DNA of 62,071 nucleotides, from IMG/VR virus record IMGVR_UViG_3300037873_000013, positions 1 through 62,071 of that record, one strand, 5' to 3'. Shown here piece after piece: positions 29,978-38,988 of this stretch; position 1 is the first letter of the stretch; every line of letters starts with the position of its first letter. The DNA comes from a virus (taxonomy: Duplodnaviria; Caudoviricetes). Under the pieces are notes generated by a model, which worked only from the letters and a program-made list of their open reading frames with translations, was not told the origin of the DNA and searched no databases. The position numbers and the translations under genes were made by a program.

Positions 29978-30072
29978 CCGGCGCTGAGACGCGTTGGATA
30001 AACCGGTGGCGGCTGTGCGTGCCTGTCAAAGATGAGAAGTAGCGTGCAGTCGCTGCCGTCGACTGGAGACAC

Positions 30073-30444
30073 ATGAGACGTTTCTACCCACCGACAGAAT
30101 CAGACATCTACCACCGGACAACAGCTGGTCGTGTCTATGAGGACGTGCACCGAGAACGGATCCGGGCACACGAGAAGCATGACGACCATGGTCAGTCGAT
30201 GGAGCGCAAGAGTTGGGATGATCCGGCCTGGCTCTCTGTCTTGGTGGAAGAGGTGGGTGAGGTAGCGAAAGAGCTGTGCGAGATGCGCCACGCTGCGCAT
30301 GGCTTCATTGAGAGCCCCGGTATGACTGAGGACGAGTGGAGGGCTGTTCAGGTTGCAGCGATGCTCAAGCTGCGTGAGGAGCTGATGCAGGTTGCGGCGA
30401 TGTCGTGTGCATGGATCGACGCCTGTGATCAAGAACGAGCATGA
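30073..30444 (+). CDS. MazG-like nucleotide pyrophosphohydrolase
   Basis: ERIRAHEKH, LVEEVGEVAKE, EELMQVAAM. Confidence 0.75.
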   Translation: MRRFYPPTESDIYHRTTAGRVYEDVHRERIRAHEKHDDHGQSMERKSWDDPAWLSVLVEEVGEVAKELCEMRHAAHGFIESPGMTEDEWRAVQVAAMLKLREELMQVAAMSCAWIDACDQERA

Positions 30445-30719
30445 ATGAGCTGTACCGCTCGGGTGTGATGCCGTTGGTGCCGCCTGTCGCTCTGGCTGGG
30501 CATGTCTTCGAGCTGCACAGGAGACAGTGGGCCCAGTGCCGGAAGTGCCTGGCAGACGTGCCCTGGTGGGCTCTGGTGGAGCGCAGGTGGGTCGGTGTGG
30601 GGTTCTGGCCTGGCATGGTACGAGGCGAGTGCATGGGAGCTGTGCGGGCTCTGGGGACAAGCCGGGAATCTGGGACGTGGGAACAGGAGATGACGAGATG
30701 GTCGACGCTCGGAAGGTGA
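30441..30719 (+). CDS. Hypothetical protein
   Basis: ATGA coupling; H...CRKC. Confidence 0.45.
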   Translation: MNELYRSGVMPLVPPVALAGHVFELHRRQWAQCRKCLADVPWWALVERRWVGVGFWPGMVRGECMGAVRALGTSRESGTWEQEMTRWSTLGR

Positions 30720-30928
30720 CGCGAGATCAGGTGATCGAGGCTGTGCAGGATGGACTGCAAGAGGCTAAGCAGCTCTATGGGTTGAGCTATGCGGTGCCCC
30801 AGCTCGATCGAGTCGTCAGTCATGTGATGCTTCTTCTGACCGGTGTAGCCGAAGATCCCATCAAGGCTGCAGCTATTGCTGCTCGTAGTGGCACGATCCC
30901 AGGGGAGAAACGCTCTCCGTATCGCTAG
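30698..30928 (+). CDS. Hypothetical protein
   Basis: AGGAG RBS. Confidence 0.55.
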   Translation: MVDARKVTRDQVIEAVQDGLQEAKQLYGLSYAVPQLDRVVSHVMLLLTGVAEDPIKAAAIAARSGTIPGEKRSPYR

Positions 30929-30955
30929 ATGTGGTTTGGTGGTAGTTCGTTCGAT

Positions 30956-30990
30956 TTGACACACGGTGTGGCTATGACGTAATATGTGGC
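30956..30990 (+). promoter_or_regulatory. TTGACA-N18-TAATAT promoter for the HTH-primase operon
   Basis: AT-rich intergenic; ATG 5 nt after -10. Confidence 0.6.
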
Positions 30991-31209
30991 ATGAAGACTG
31001 CTACCGGCGTTGTGGTGGGCTGCAAGGAGATCGCAGAACGCCTCGGAGTGACGCAGAACCTGGTGGCCACCTGGCGGAAGCGAGGACAGCTCCCTGAGCC
31101 TGCAGGGAGCGTCGGTGGGCGCCCAGCCTGGTGGTGGCATGACATCGAAGCCTGGGATCAAGCCGGCAGACCGGCTATGGGTGGTGTGGGTGAGCTGGTC
31201 GACCGGTGA
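30991..31209 (+). CDS. AlpA/excisionase-like HTH protein
   Basis: VGCKEIAERLGVTQNLVATWRKRGQLPEP...W...DIEAW. Confidence 0.8.
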   Translation: MKTATGVVVGCKEIAERLGVTQNLVATWRKRGQLPEPAGSVGGRPAWWWHDIEAWDQAGRPAMGGVGELVDR

Positions 31210-33533
31210 CGGTCATCCAGTTCCCGGAGCAGCCCGGCATGCAACCCGGCTACCAGAACCGACCAACCCCGGAAGAAACCATCGAAGGGGCACGGTACGC
31301 GTTCTCCCTGGGCTTCCAGGCCCTTGGGCTCGTCTACCCCTTCGATGACGCCGGGGCGTGCCTATGCTCGAAGACCGACTGCCACTCTCCGGGCAAGCAC
31401 CCCGCTGGGGGCCCACGAGCCGTCTATAGGTCGATGAACGAGCTTTGGGCAGCCATGGCCGGCTTCGGGGGTGTGCCAGGGCTGTTCGCCCCCACGGGCG
31501 CCGTCAACAGCGTCACGGTGATCGACTGCGACTCGCACGGTGATGGGGATGGCGTCTGGGAGTTCGAGCAGTGGCTCGCAGCGTGCGATGTGGTGCTTCC
31601 CAGGGGCCTACGACAGCGAACACCCAACGGTGAGCATGTCTTCGTCCAGTACGTGCCCGAGCTGAAGGCCAAGACCGGGTTGCGTGGCTGTATCGACATC
31701 CGCAACGATGGTGGGCTGATCGTCATTGCTCCCTCGCTGCATGTGAGCGGACAACGCTACGAGTTCGATGTAAGCGGGGTTGGTGCCCCCAGCCTCCCCG
31801 CCGGCTTCGCTGAGATGCTGCGCTCCGAGAAGGGTAGACGGGTTTCGAGCAACGGTTCCAACGGCAGCGGCCCAGGGCGTGACGATGCGACCAACGCCCA
31901 CGCGTTCCAGTGCAAGAAGCTCGGGATGTCCGAGGCCGATGCTCTTGAGAGCGTGCGCGAGCTGTGGGAGACGTTCGCCCAGCCGCCGGCTGCCTCACAT
32001 CCCTTCACATGGCCTGATGCTGTGGAGAAGGTGCAGAACGTCTATAGGAATCCGGAGATACAACCGGAGCGGGAGCACCATCCCGAGTGGGTGAAGAGCC
32101 TGAGGGTGGGCGAGCGTGACACGGATGAGGTCTACGCGCTAGCGGATGGCCAGCGTCCTACCGATGTCGGCAATGCCAATCGGCTTGTTGCAGTTGCCGA
32201 TGGGCATGTCCGCTACGTGGCGGAGTGGGGTCGGTGGATCGTCTACGACGAAGGCATGTGGCACATCGACAGCGGCAACGTGCGTATGAACGGCTGGGGT
32301 AAACGAGTAGCGAGAAAGATCTTTGCCGATGCTGCGTTGTTGGATGATGTTGGGCAGAGAGACGAGATGTGGAAATGGGCGAAGCGCTCGGAGTCGAGTT
32401 CTCTGATCAACTCCATGGTACGGCTCGCTGCCGATGTCCCAGGTGTGCTCATAAGCCACAACGAGCTTGATCAGTACCCCTATCTGTTCAACGTGCGCAA
32501 CGGAACAATAGATCTGAAGACTGGGAAGCTGCTCGATCACAGCCCTGAGCACCTGCTGACTCGTCAGGCCCCTGTAACCCACGACCAGAGTGCTCGCGCA
32601 CCGCTCTGGGAGCAGTGCCTGAGGCAGTGGCAGCCCGACCCTGAGGTCAGGTCTTACCTGCAGCGGGTGGTTGGGTCGGCTGCCACCGGACATCCGGTCG
32701 AGAAGTTCTTCATCAACCACGGTGAGGGCGGCAACGGCAAGGGCAAGTTCTTCGGGGCTCTCCAGGCTGTCATGGGCCCGTACGCAGGGATCCCGCACAA
32801 GAGCCTGCTCGTCGCCCAGACGCACCAGCAGCACGAGACGGTCGTAGCGGACCTGTTCGGTGTCCGGATGGCCGTAGCGGCGGAGACAGAGGCAGGGGAG
32901 CGCCTGGATGAAGCCTCGATCAAGAGCTTGACCGGTGGCGATCCGCTCAAGGCCAGGCGCATGCGCGAGGACCGCTGGATGTTCAAGCCCAGCCTGACGC
33001 TGTTCCTGCACACCAACCACAGGCCACGAGTTCGAGGGAGCGATGAGGGCGTGTGGCGACGGGTCGAACTGATCCGCTGGGATGTGACGATCGAGCGGAA
33101 GGACGAGCACCTGGCAGCCAAGCTGGAGTCGGAAGGGGCCGGCATCCTCAACTGGGTGGTCGCAGGAGCCCGCCAGTGGGTCTCCAGCGGGCTGCGAACC
33201 CCAGCCTCGGTGATGGCTGCCACATCGGCCTATCGGGACGAAGAGGACCATGCTGGCCGGTTCATCGCCGATCTGCCGGCTGGCTCCAAGCTGGGCCCGA
33301 CGGAGTTCGTGTCGGCTGCTGCTCTCCGGAGCGCCTACGAAGCGTGGTGCGGAGAGGTGGGTGAGAAGCCCTGGAGCCAGCGTGCTCTTGGAGCCGAGCT
33401 GATCAAGCGAGGGTTCGAGAGGAGCAAGCAGGGCAAGGCCAACATCAAGGGCTGGAGAGGTCTCAGTGTGGCGGAGACCGCCACGGATTTGTGGCGGAAG
33501 AGCCTTCCAGGCGGGACTTATCCACAGGTTTGA
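31206..33533 (+). CDS. Bifunctional primase-polymerase fused to D5/P4-type SF3 helicase
   Basis: CLC...CHSPGKHP, VIDCD, TPNGEH, DIR..GG...APS.H; D5_N; GEGGNGKG Walker A; KSLTGGD. Confidence 0.9.
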   Translation: MTVIQFPEQPGMQPGYQNRPTPEETIEGARYAFSLGFQALGLVYPFDDAGACLCSKTDCHSPGKHPAGGPRAVYRSMNELWAAMAGFGGVPGLFAPTGAVNSVTVIDCDSHGDGDGVWEFEQWLAACDVVLPRGLRQRTPNGEHVFVQYVPELKAKTGLRGCIDIRNDGGLIVIAPSLHVSGQRYEFDVSGVGAPSLPAGFAEMLRSEKGRRVSSNGSNGSGPGRDDATNAHAFQCKKLGMSEADALESVRELWETFAQPPAASHPFTWPDAVEKVQNVYRNPEIQPEREHHPEWVKSLRVGERDTDEVYALADGQRPTDVGNANRLVAVADGHVRYVAEWGRWIVYDEGMWHIDSGNVRMNGWGKRVARKIFADAALLDDVGQRDEMWKWAKRSESSSLINSMVRLAADVPGVLISHNELDQYPYLFNVRNGTIDLKTGKLLDHSPEHLLTRQAPVTHDQSARAPLWEQCLRQWQPDPEVRSYLQRVVGSAATGHPVEKFFINHGEGGNGKGKFFGALQAVMGPYAGIPHKSLLVAQTHQQHETVVADLFGVRMAVAAETEAGERLDEASIKSLTGGDPLKARRMREDRWMFKPSLTLFLHTNHRPRVRGSDEGVWRRVELIRWDVTIERKDEHLAAKLESEGAGILNWVVAGARQWVSSGLRTPASVMAATSAYRDEEDHAGRFIADLPAGSKLGPTEFVSAAALRSAYEAWCGEVGEKPWSQRALGAELIKRGFERSKQGKANIKGWRGLSVAETATDLWRKSLPGGTYPQV

Positions 33534-33680
33534 ATCTTCCAATGCTAATTTGGAAGAGTACCTCTGACCAGGGTGGCGACCCCATGCGACCCCATTCTCC
33601 GCATGGCACAGATCTAACTCCCCTCATGAGGGGTTATTGGGAAAAAGGGGTCGCATGGGGTCGCCAAGTACTCTGACCTG
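33518..33680. other. Putative replication origin
   Basis: Consensus DnaA box TTATCCACA 33518-33526; 20-bp perfect inverted repeat 33574-33593/33647-33666; central palindrome CCCCTCATGAGGGG; directly after the primase gene. Confidence 0.6.
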
Positions 33681-33755
33681 GTCTTTTGCAAGAAATTGAG
33701 GGTTGGCGTGCGGTCTCAAGTAGGTTGTTGGAATGACTGACATTAGGAGAGGCAG

Positions 33756-33980
33756 ATGACGGCACCGACCAAGCAGGAGATCGAGGCACTGATCGCCTCG
33801 CTCGAAGGTGAGGCGGAGCCACCTCGGTGGTATCTGCAGCCCAGCACGGAGAGTGAGTTTGCAGCCTCGGTGGTTGTACGGACTGGAGCGACCCCGACAT
33901 ATGACGAAGACGATCATCTGACGGGTATCAGGGGATCGGTCTGCAGCGAGGCACGTAGCTTGACTTTGGGCACCGTTTGA
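33756..33980 (+). CDS. Hypothetical protein
   Basis: AGGAGAGG RBS; operator 33716-33732 upstream. Confidence 0.55.
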   Translation: MTAPTKQEIEALIASLEGEAEPPRWYLQPSTESEFAASVVVRTGATPTYDEDDHLTGIRGSVCSEARSLTLGTV

Positions 33981-33996
33981 AACAACAATTCTTTCA

Positions 33997-34431
33997 ATGG
34001 GCAATGTCGTTCCGATCTCAAATGGAGGAGTGGTTCCGCAGTGCCAGGGCACGACGGGCAAAGGAACGCGCTGCCGTTTCAATGTGCGGCTTGATCTCGC
34101 TGATCCCAAGTTCTGTGCGATGCATCAGCCGAAGGACTTGGAACCTGAGCTGGTTGTCAAGAAGATGACCATGGCTGAGCAGCTCAAGGCTGCTGAGCAG
34201 CAGATCATGGATCTCGTGCCTGTTGCGATGCAGGCGCTGATTGATGTCCTGACTGGAGAAGACACCAAGCCGGCTGATCGCATCAAGGCAGCTCAGATGG
34301 TGATCGACCGGAGTGTTGCTCAGCGCATCCAGGTGGAGACCATGACCACCGATGTCCGCGACCTGGATGACGAGATCGAAGAGGCACTCGAAGAAGTGCG
34401 CGACAACCTGAGGACTGGGACGGATGGATAA
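33997..34431 (+). CDS. Candidate terminase small subunit (N-terminal CxGxTxxGxRC...CxxH finger)
   Basis: Zinc-finger-like N-terminus plus helical AMQALIDVL...DRIKAAQMVIDR region resembling small terminases; no TerS next to TerL. Confidence 0.5.
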   Translation: MGNVVPISNGGVVPQCQGTTGKGTRCRFNVRLDLADPKFCAMHQPKDLEPELVVKKMTMAEQLKAAEQQIMDLVPVAMQALIDVLTGEDTKPADRIKAAQMVIDRSVAQRIQVETMTTDVRDLDDEIEEALEEVRDNLRTGTDG

Positions 34432-34702
34432 CCCGAACATCAGACCTGTGCCCGAGACGATCAAACGTATCTGTGTAGAGCCCAAGTGCGCTATGCACAA
34501 CCTGGAAGTGACGAAGACGCATCAACACATGATCATGCCAGAGCCCTGGAGCTTCGAGGTGGAGAAGGTGGGTGTCATCTTCGTCTGGTCGATCAGTGAT
34601 CCGGATGAGCAACTACTCGTTGGGACCACCACCAAGGATCCGAGCGATCTGTTGAGCGGGATCGTCAGCGACCACAACCACTCGATCGACTGCATGGATT
34701 GA
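34424..34702 (+). CDS. Hypothetical protein
   Basis: Coupled ORF. Confidence 0.6.
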   Translation: MDNPNIRPVPETIKRICVEPKCAMHNLEVTKTHQHMIMPEPWSFEVEKVGVIFVWSISDPDEQLLVGTTTKDPSDLLSGIVSDHNHSIDCMD

Positions 34703-35139
34703 TGAAGCCGGTTGCTCAGACCAAGATCCACATCCCAGGCGAGCAAGACGGGAACTGCTTTGCCGCGTGCATCGCTTCGCTCTTCGAGATGGAGCTTGAG
34801 TGCGTGCCTAACTTCGTCGAATTCCAGGGCCCGTTGGGTTGGTGGGATGCAGCTCGGGCATGGTGTCGTGAGCGGGGTTATGACATCGCACGTATCGAGA
34901 AGCTCAGCGATGTGCTGGTGTGGGCTGACTGCCCACCTGGGGATCACGCGCTGGCAACGATCAAGAGTCCGAGAGGTGATTGGCCTCATGTCGTGGTGAT
35001 CGACCGATGCGGAGTTGTGGCCCACGATCCCTATCCGGATGCGCCAGTTGGTTATGAGCCTGACGAGATCATCGAGCTTGAGCTGATCACTGCTCCGTAT
35101 GAGCCTTACCCGACACAACCCATGGATCTTGTCGAGTGA
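34699..35139 (+). CDS. Hypothetical protein (GNCFAACIAS...HVVV...HDP; papain-like Cys/His pattern)
   Basis: Conserved-looking Cys and His motifs. Confidence 0.65.
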   Translation: MMKPVAQTKIHIPGEQDGNCFAACIASLFEMELECVPNFVEFQGPLGWWDAARAWCRERGYDIARIEKLSDVLVWADCPPGDHALATIKSPRGDWPHVVVIDRCGVVAHDPYPDAPVGYEPDEIIELELITAPYEPYPTQPMDLVE

Positions 35140-35480
35140 GCGACTACCGCCAAGCCTGGGAGCAGGACCGAGATGAGATCGATGATGTGATCTGGGATTT
35201 CGCCCGTGGTCGCAGCGATGTGCGCAGGGTGCATGACCCCCTGGTGACCCGGATCTTGGAACTTCGAGGGCACAAGCCCGCCGGTCCGCCCCGCGAGAGG
35301 CGGCTCAGAGAGCCTGGGAGCCCCGATCCGGACAGTCCGGCAGCACGGCGCCTGGAACGGGCTGAACGGGCAGCAGAGCGGCTCCAGGGCTCGCTGACGA
35401 GCCCTCAGCGGGCTGCGCTGGCCCAGCACGAGGCGGACATGCGACAGCTCAGGGAGCGCTTCGAGGGTGGCGGAGTCTGA
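35136..35480 (+). CDS. Hypothetical protein
   Basis: GTGA coupling. Confidence 0.6.
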   Translation: MSDYRQAWEQDRDEIDDVIWDFARGRSDVRRVHDPLVTRILELRGHKPAGPPRERRLREPGSPDPDSPAARRLERAERAAERLQGSLTSPQRAALAQHEADMRQLRERFEGGGV

Positions 35481-35527
35481 CAAGTAGGTGTACTGTGTCC
35501 TTCACCCAGACGAAAGGACACGGCGGA

Positions 35528-35848
35528 ATGCGACGAAAGTTGACGACGCTCGGAGCCATGCTGGCTCTGGTGGTGAGCTTCTCGGTAATGGGTGCAAGCC
35601 CAGCCGATGCAGCCAGCTTCAACCCCTATGCAGCCTGGAGCTGTGGCGCCACCCGGCCGCACGAGGAGTACACCCTCACCAGGGTGACCGTTCTCTCCAT
35701 CGGGGTCTACTCCAACAATGTCTCGTGGTTGCGAGCCTCGTGCTTCGCCAGAGCGGAGAACAGGATCTGCAACTGGATCTCGGAGTCCCGATCGAACGGT
35801 GTGCACTTCGTCTATTCCGGGTACAGCTGCGCTACGGTGCCCGGCTGA
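35528..35848 (+). CDS. Secreted Cys-containing protein
   Basis: Sec signal MRRKLTTLGAMLALVVSFSVMGASPADA; four Cys. Confidence 0.7.
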   Translation: MRRKLTTLGAMLALVVSFSVMGASPADAASFNPYAAWSCGATRPHEEYTLTRVTVLSIGVYSNNVSWLRASCFARAENRICNWISESRSNGVHFVYSGYSCATVPG

Positions 35849-36028
35849 TGACTCGTGACGAGAAGGCAGGGGCGTAGACGCACAAGGCCAAGCGAAGGCC
35901 CGTCAGCGAGAGCATGAAGAGAACCAGCACGAGAAGGCCGGTCTTCCTCGCAAGCACGTCGAGGCCGACGACATCCCCGATGACGGCACACTCGGCTAGG
36001 CTCTAGCAGCTCCCCTCCTCAGGAGCGG

Positions 36029-36066
36029 ACAGCCCATCGAGCAACGCCCCCGCTCGGTGGGCTGTC
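36029..36066 (+). terminator. Hairpin terminator
   Basis: gacagcccatcgagc / gctcggtgggctgtc. Confidence 0.6.
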
Positions 36067-36080
36067 TCGCGTCTACGTGC

Positions 36081-36203
36081 TTGACAGCCCACCAGTCCAG
36101 CAACTAACTTGACGTCTGCCGCCACGGCGGGGCCGGAGTACAGGACAATCGAGGGCTTGCCCGTGTGCTCCGGCCCCAACCGCCCTCGAAGACGGGAGAC
36201 GTC
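36081..36203 (+). promoter_or_regulatory. TTGACA-N18-TAACTT promoter with operator (36096-36112) and structured 5' leader
   Basis: 13-bp stem 36129-36141/36165-36177; loop 36149-36156 complementary to 36182-36189. Confidence 0.6.
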
Positions 36204-36665
36204 ATGCCAGACGAGCAGAAGGCTCAGCGGGAGCCGATCGAGATCCTTGACGAGCTGGCCACGGTCACCGAGAAGCAGTTTCAGCAGATCCAGCACGGTC
36301 GTGGCTTCGGCAAGCGAGTACGAGCCGCAGCCGCCACTCAGCGCACGGTGATCGATGCACCTGATCGCAAGGAGCTTCGCCCAGCCAAGCGAGGCGGGCG
36401 CCCTGCTGGTCATCGGCTGCTCCAGGTCGAGCGGCCGGTTGGCTCGACTAGTCGAGCCAAGCCCCGTGGTTCGTTAGCGAGCTTCCCTCGTGCGACCGCT
36501 GGCATGGTCGTGTGGCGCGAGATCCCGAGCTGGCACCAGAAGCGTGAGCCCAACAGTGCTGCAGCTCTCCTGAGCCCCACGAAGTCTCCGCCCTGGGTGC
36601 GCAAGCGTCGTGCTCGGGCCAAGTCCAAACTTCAGAAGGCGAGCAGGGTGGCGAACCGTGGCTGA
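36204..36665 (+). CDS. Basic (R/K-rich) hypothetical protein
   Basis: GACGGGAGAC before ATG; C-terminal RKRRARAKSKLQKASRVANR. Confidence 0.65.
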   Translation: MPDEQKAQREPIEILDELATVTEKQFQQIQHGRGFGKRVRAAAATQRTVIDAPDRKELRPAKRGGRPAGHRLLQVERPVGSTSRAKPRGSLASFPRATAGMVVWREIPSWHQKREPNSAAALLSPTKSPPWVRKRRARAKSKLQKASRVANRG

Positions 36666-36894
36666 ACCCACCGAGCCCACCAAGCCCGCACACGAGGCTA
36701 TTACCCGTGAGCCCTTCTCGTTCATCGTGCGTGATGGCGAAGAGCTAGGCATCGAGGAGGCTGTGTTCCAAGCCTTGGGTGCAGCCTCGATGTGCTGGAG
36801 CGAAGCACCGCACGGTGTGTTTGATAGTCGGAAGGCTGAGGAGATCGGCCAAGCGCTGATCCAAGTCATCAGTGAGAGGCTTGGCAATGCTTGA
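36658..36894 (+). CDS. Hypothetical protein
   Basis: EAVFQALGAASMCW...GVFDS. Confidence 0.65.
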   Translation: MAEPTEPTKPAHEAITREPFSFIVRDGEELGIEEAVFQALGAASMCWSEAPHGVFDSRKAEEIGQALIQVISERLGNA

Positions 36895-37009
36895 CGACAT
36901 CATCGCCTGGGCTGGCAAAGGCTTCGGCTTCATGATTGGTATCTGTCTGTTTGTACTCTGTGTTGTCGTGTTCAGGTGGTCTTACCTTCTCGTAGAAGGA
37001 TTGATCTGA
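36887..37009 (+). CDS. Small membrane peptide (40 aa)
   Basis: Manual translation, one TM helix. Confidence 0.5.
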   Translation: MLDDIIAWAGKGFGFMIGICLFVLCVVVFRWSYLLVEGLI

Positions 37010-37608
37010 TGACGTTCAGCACGAGACAGCTTCCCGATGGCCGCGAGCTGCGCATCGAGACCCAGCAGGTTGAAGCCACGGATATGGGTGGCTCGGAGCC
37101 TGATCCTGAGTGGTCGTTTACCGACAGACATGGTCACGTGCACACGCACAGCTCGGGTACCTGGCACTGGGTGCAAGACGACCCTGATGAAGAGACCTGG
37201 ATCGATGCGGACGGCGATGAGCACGAGCCTGACGGCCACTATCAGTGCAACGTCAAGATGTTTGGATCGATGCGTTGCGGTGCGCTTGTCGAACCTGGTT
37301 ACAAGTATCGGTCGGGTAGCTCATTCAGGCAGTACATCCCAGGACACACGAGCTACTACCTCGATGACAAGCCGATCACTGAGGAAGAAGCCAAGGAACT
37401 TATGGCTGAACTCTCCAATGTCTATCGGTTGTCGTCGGTGTCCCGTGAGGACGAGATCCGTGCTCGACTTGAAGCTGACCCAGAGCACCAGCGTTATAAG
37501 AAGCTGGTCGATGAGAGCAATGAACTGATCACGCTGGCTGCCCGGAAGAACGAGACGGTGGTCGAGCGGGTTGCTCGATGGCTGTTGAGCGTTTGGAGGC
37601 GGGGCTGA
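37009..37608 (+). CDS. Hypothetical protein
   Basis: TGATG coupling. Confidence 0.65.
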   Translation: MTFSTRQLPDGRELRIETQQVEATDMGGSEPDPEWSFTDRHGHVHTHSSGTWHWVQDDPDEETWIDADGDEHEPDGHYQCNVKMFGSMRCGALVEPGYKYRSGSSFRQYIPGHTSYYLDDKPITEEEAKELMAELSNVYRLSSVSREDEIRARLEADPEHQRYKKLVDESNELITLAARKNETVVERVARWLLSVWRRG

Positions 37609-37904
37609 TGGAGGAGTATGCTGAGCTTGAGCTTGGACTTGCTACAACTCGGCAGCTCCTGAAGGAACTAGAAGCACGTCTCGATGTGTCAGCGACTATT
37701 GATGACACAGATGTGCGAGCGAGGACGGCTCTCTATCACGTGCGTCGTGCCTATTCAGCGCTTGATGATCGACACTTGAGCTACAAGACGGTTGACACTG
37801 GTGAGCATGACGTCATTGAGTGCAACCGACCAGCACACCAAGACGGACACCACGGGCCCGCGTGCTACGGGATCCAGATGAGACGGGAAGAGACGCATGA
37901 GTGA
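37608..37904 (+). CDS. Hypothetical protein
   Basis: LGLATTRQLLKELEAR; coupled. Confidence 0.65.
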   Translation: MEEYAELELGLATTRQLLKELEARLDVSATIDDTDVRARTALYHVRRAYSALDDRHLSYKTVDTGEHDVIECNRPAHQDGHHGPACYGIQMRREETHE

Positions 37905-38364
37905 TGATCCGAACGGCGAGAGCAAGGCACAGACTGAGCGCATCCTCAACCAGCCTGGCTCCGAGCCGTACACGCTGACCGAAGATGACATCAACGGCTG
38001 TCGTGGGTTGCTCAAGCAGCTACTCGAAGCGGACGAGCGCACAGGTCCCTACGCCATCACGTCGATGCAGGGCTACCAGCGCAAGGCGTCAGCTGTGGTG
38101 GAGTTCAACCCTGGCGGAGGGCCTGAGGCCAACGCTCGTGGGCTTGAGCTTCTGATCGAGTCAGGGCCCAAGCTCGGTCAGCTGTGCAAGAAGGTCATCG
38201 CCCACTGGGACTCACGACCACAAGATGTGCAGTTCAACCAGATGTGGGAGCGGATGCAGAAGCTCGAAGCGTTCCTGGCTGCTCATGACGCTGTCGAGTG
38301 CAGCCCGGGATCCTATGACGATGCTGTTATGCGGCTTCGTGCGGCTCGAAAGGCTCTCGGATGA
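37897..38364 (+). CDS. Hypothetical protein
   Basis: Coupled ORF. Confidence 0.65.
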   Translation: MSDDPNGESKAQTERILNQPGSEPYTLTEDDINGCRGLLKQLLEADERTGPYAITSMQGYQRKASAVVEFNPGGGPEANARGLELLIESGPKLGQLCKKVIAHWDSRPQDVQFNQMWERMQKLEAFLAAHDAVECSPGSYDDAVMRLRAARKALG

Positions 38365-38591
38365 ACCTCACCGAGGCATGCAGCTACCTGGGACGCACAA
38401 TCCGGGGTTCGGTTATCGACGATGTGCAGGTGCACCGGGCTGACCCTACCGACGGACGCATCTACCTGATGTCAGGTGGAGAACGCGTCATCGAGGTGGC
38501 TGGGGCAACGCACGAGCACATCGATCAGCTGGGCAAGCGTGAAGCCCGAGGTGGGAGACCACCTCATGTGCGACCGATGGTGACCATATGA
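38361..38591 (+). CDS. Hypothetical protein
   Basis: ATGA coupling. Confidence 0.6.
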   Translation: MNLTEACSYLGRTIRGSVIDDVQVHRADPTDGRIYLMSGGERVIEVAGATHEHIDQLGKREARGGRPPHVRPMVTI

Positions 38592-38977
38592 GTAGACAAC
38601 CTGTGCAGATGACGCTACAAGGCGCTGTACGTTGCTGCTTCTGTCGTACCGACTACAACGATTACGCTTTGCCTCCTGATGACAGCAACCCGATCTCTGA
38701 AGTTCACTTCGGAGTGCGTTTCCCGATGACGCTGGCTGGGATGAACTCGGTGTGGAAGGCTCGTGTTCTGTTCAATGGTGATGATGTCACAGCACAGTGC
38801 TTCGAGGGCGAGGCTGGTGACAAAGGCTGGGTAGCGCTCTACGCACTGAATCGCAAGGGTGAGCGATTCATCTGTGGCAACGGTGAGCACCCTCTCGCCT
38901 ACATGGAACACGGCAAGGTTCAGTTCCTGAAGATCCCCAATGATCCAGCTGCTGACTCAGCGGCACCGATCGAGTAG
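38588..38977 (+). CDS. Hypothetical protein
   Basis: ATGA coupling. Confidence 0.65.
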   Translation: MSRQPVQMTLQGAVRCCFCRTDYNDYALPPDDSNPISEVHFGVRFPMTLAGMNSVWKARVLFNGDDVTAQCFEGEAGDKGWVALYALNRKGERFICGNGEHPLAYMEHGKVQFLKIPNDPAADSAAPIE

Positions 38978-38988
38978 GGTTCCACCCG

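Noticed and set aside
30991-31209. Lysogeny module implied by the excisionase-like HTH
   Set aside because: No tyrosine or serine integrase, ParA/ParB or att-like tRNA duplication seen.
32139-33542. Long minus-strand ORF (also 43022-44392, 52657-53970, 57653-59038)
   Set aside because: Antisense shadows of well-supported plus-strand genes in GC-rich DNA; no motifs or start signals.
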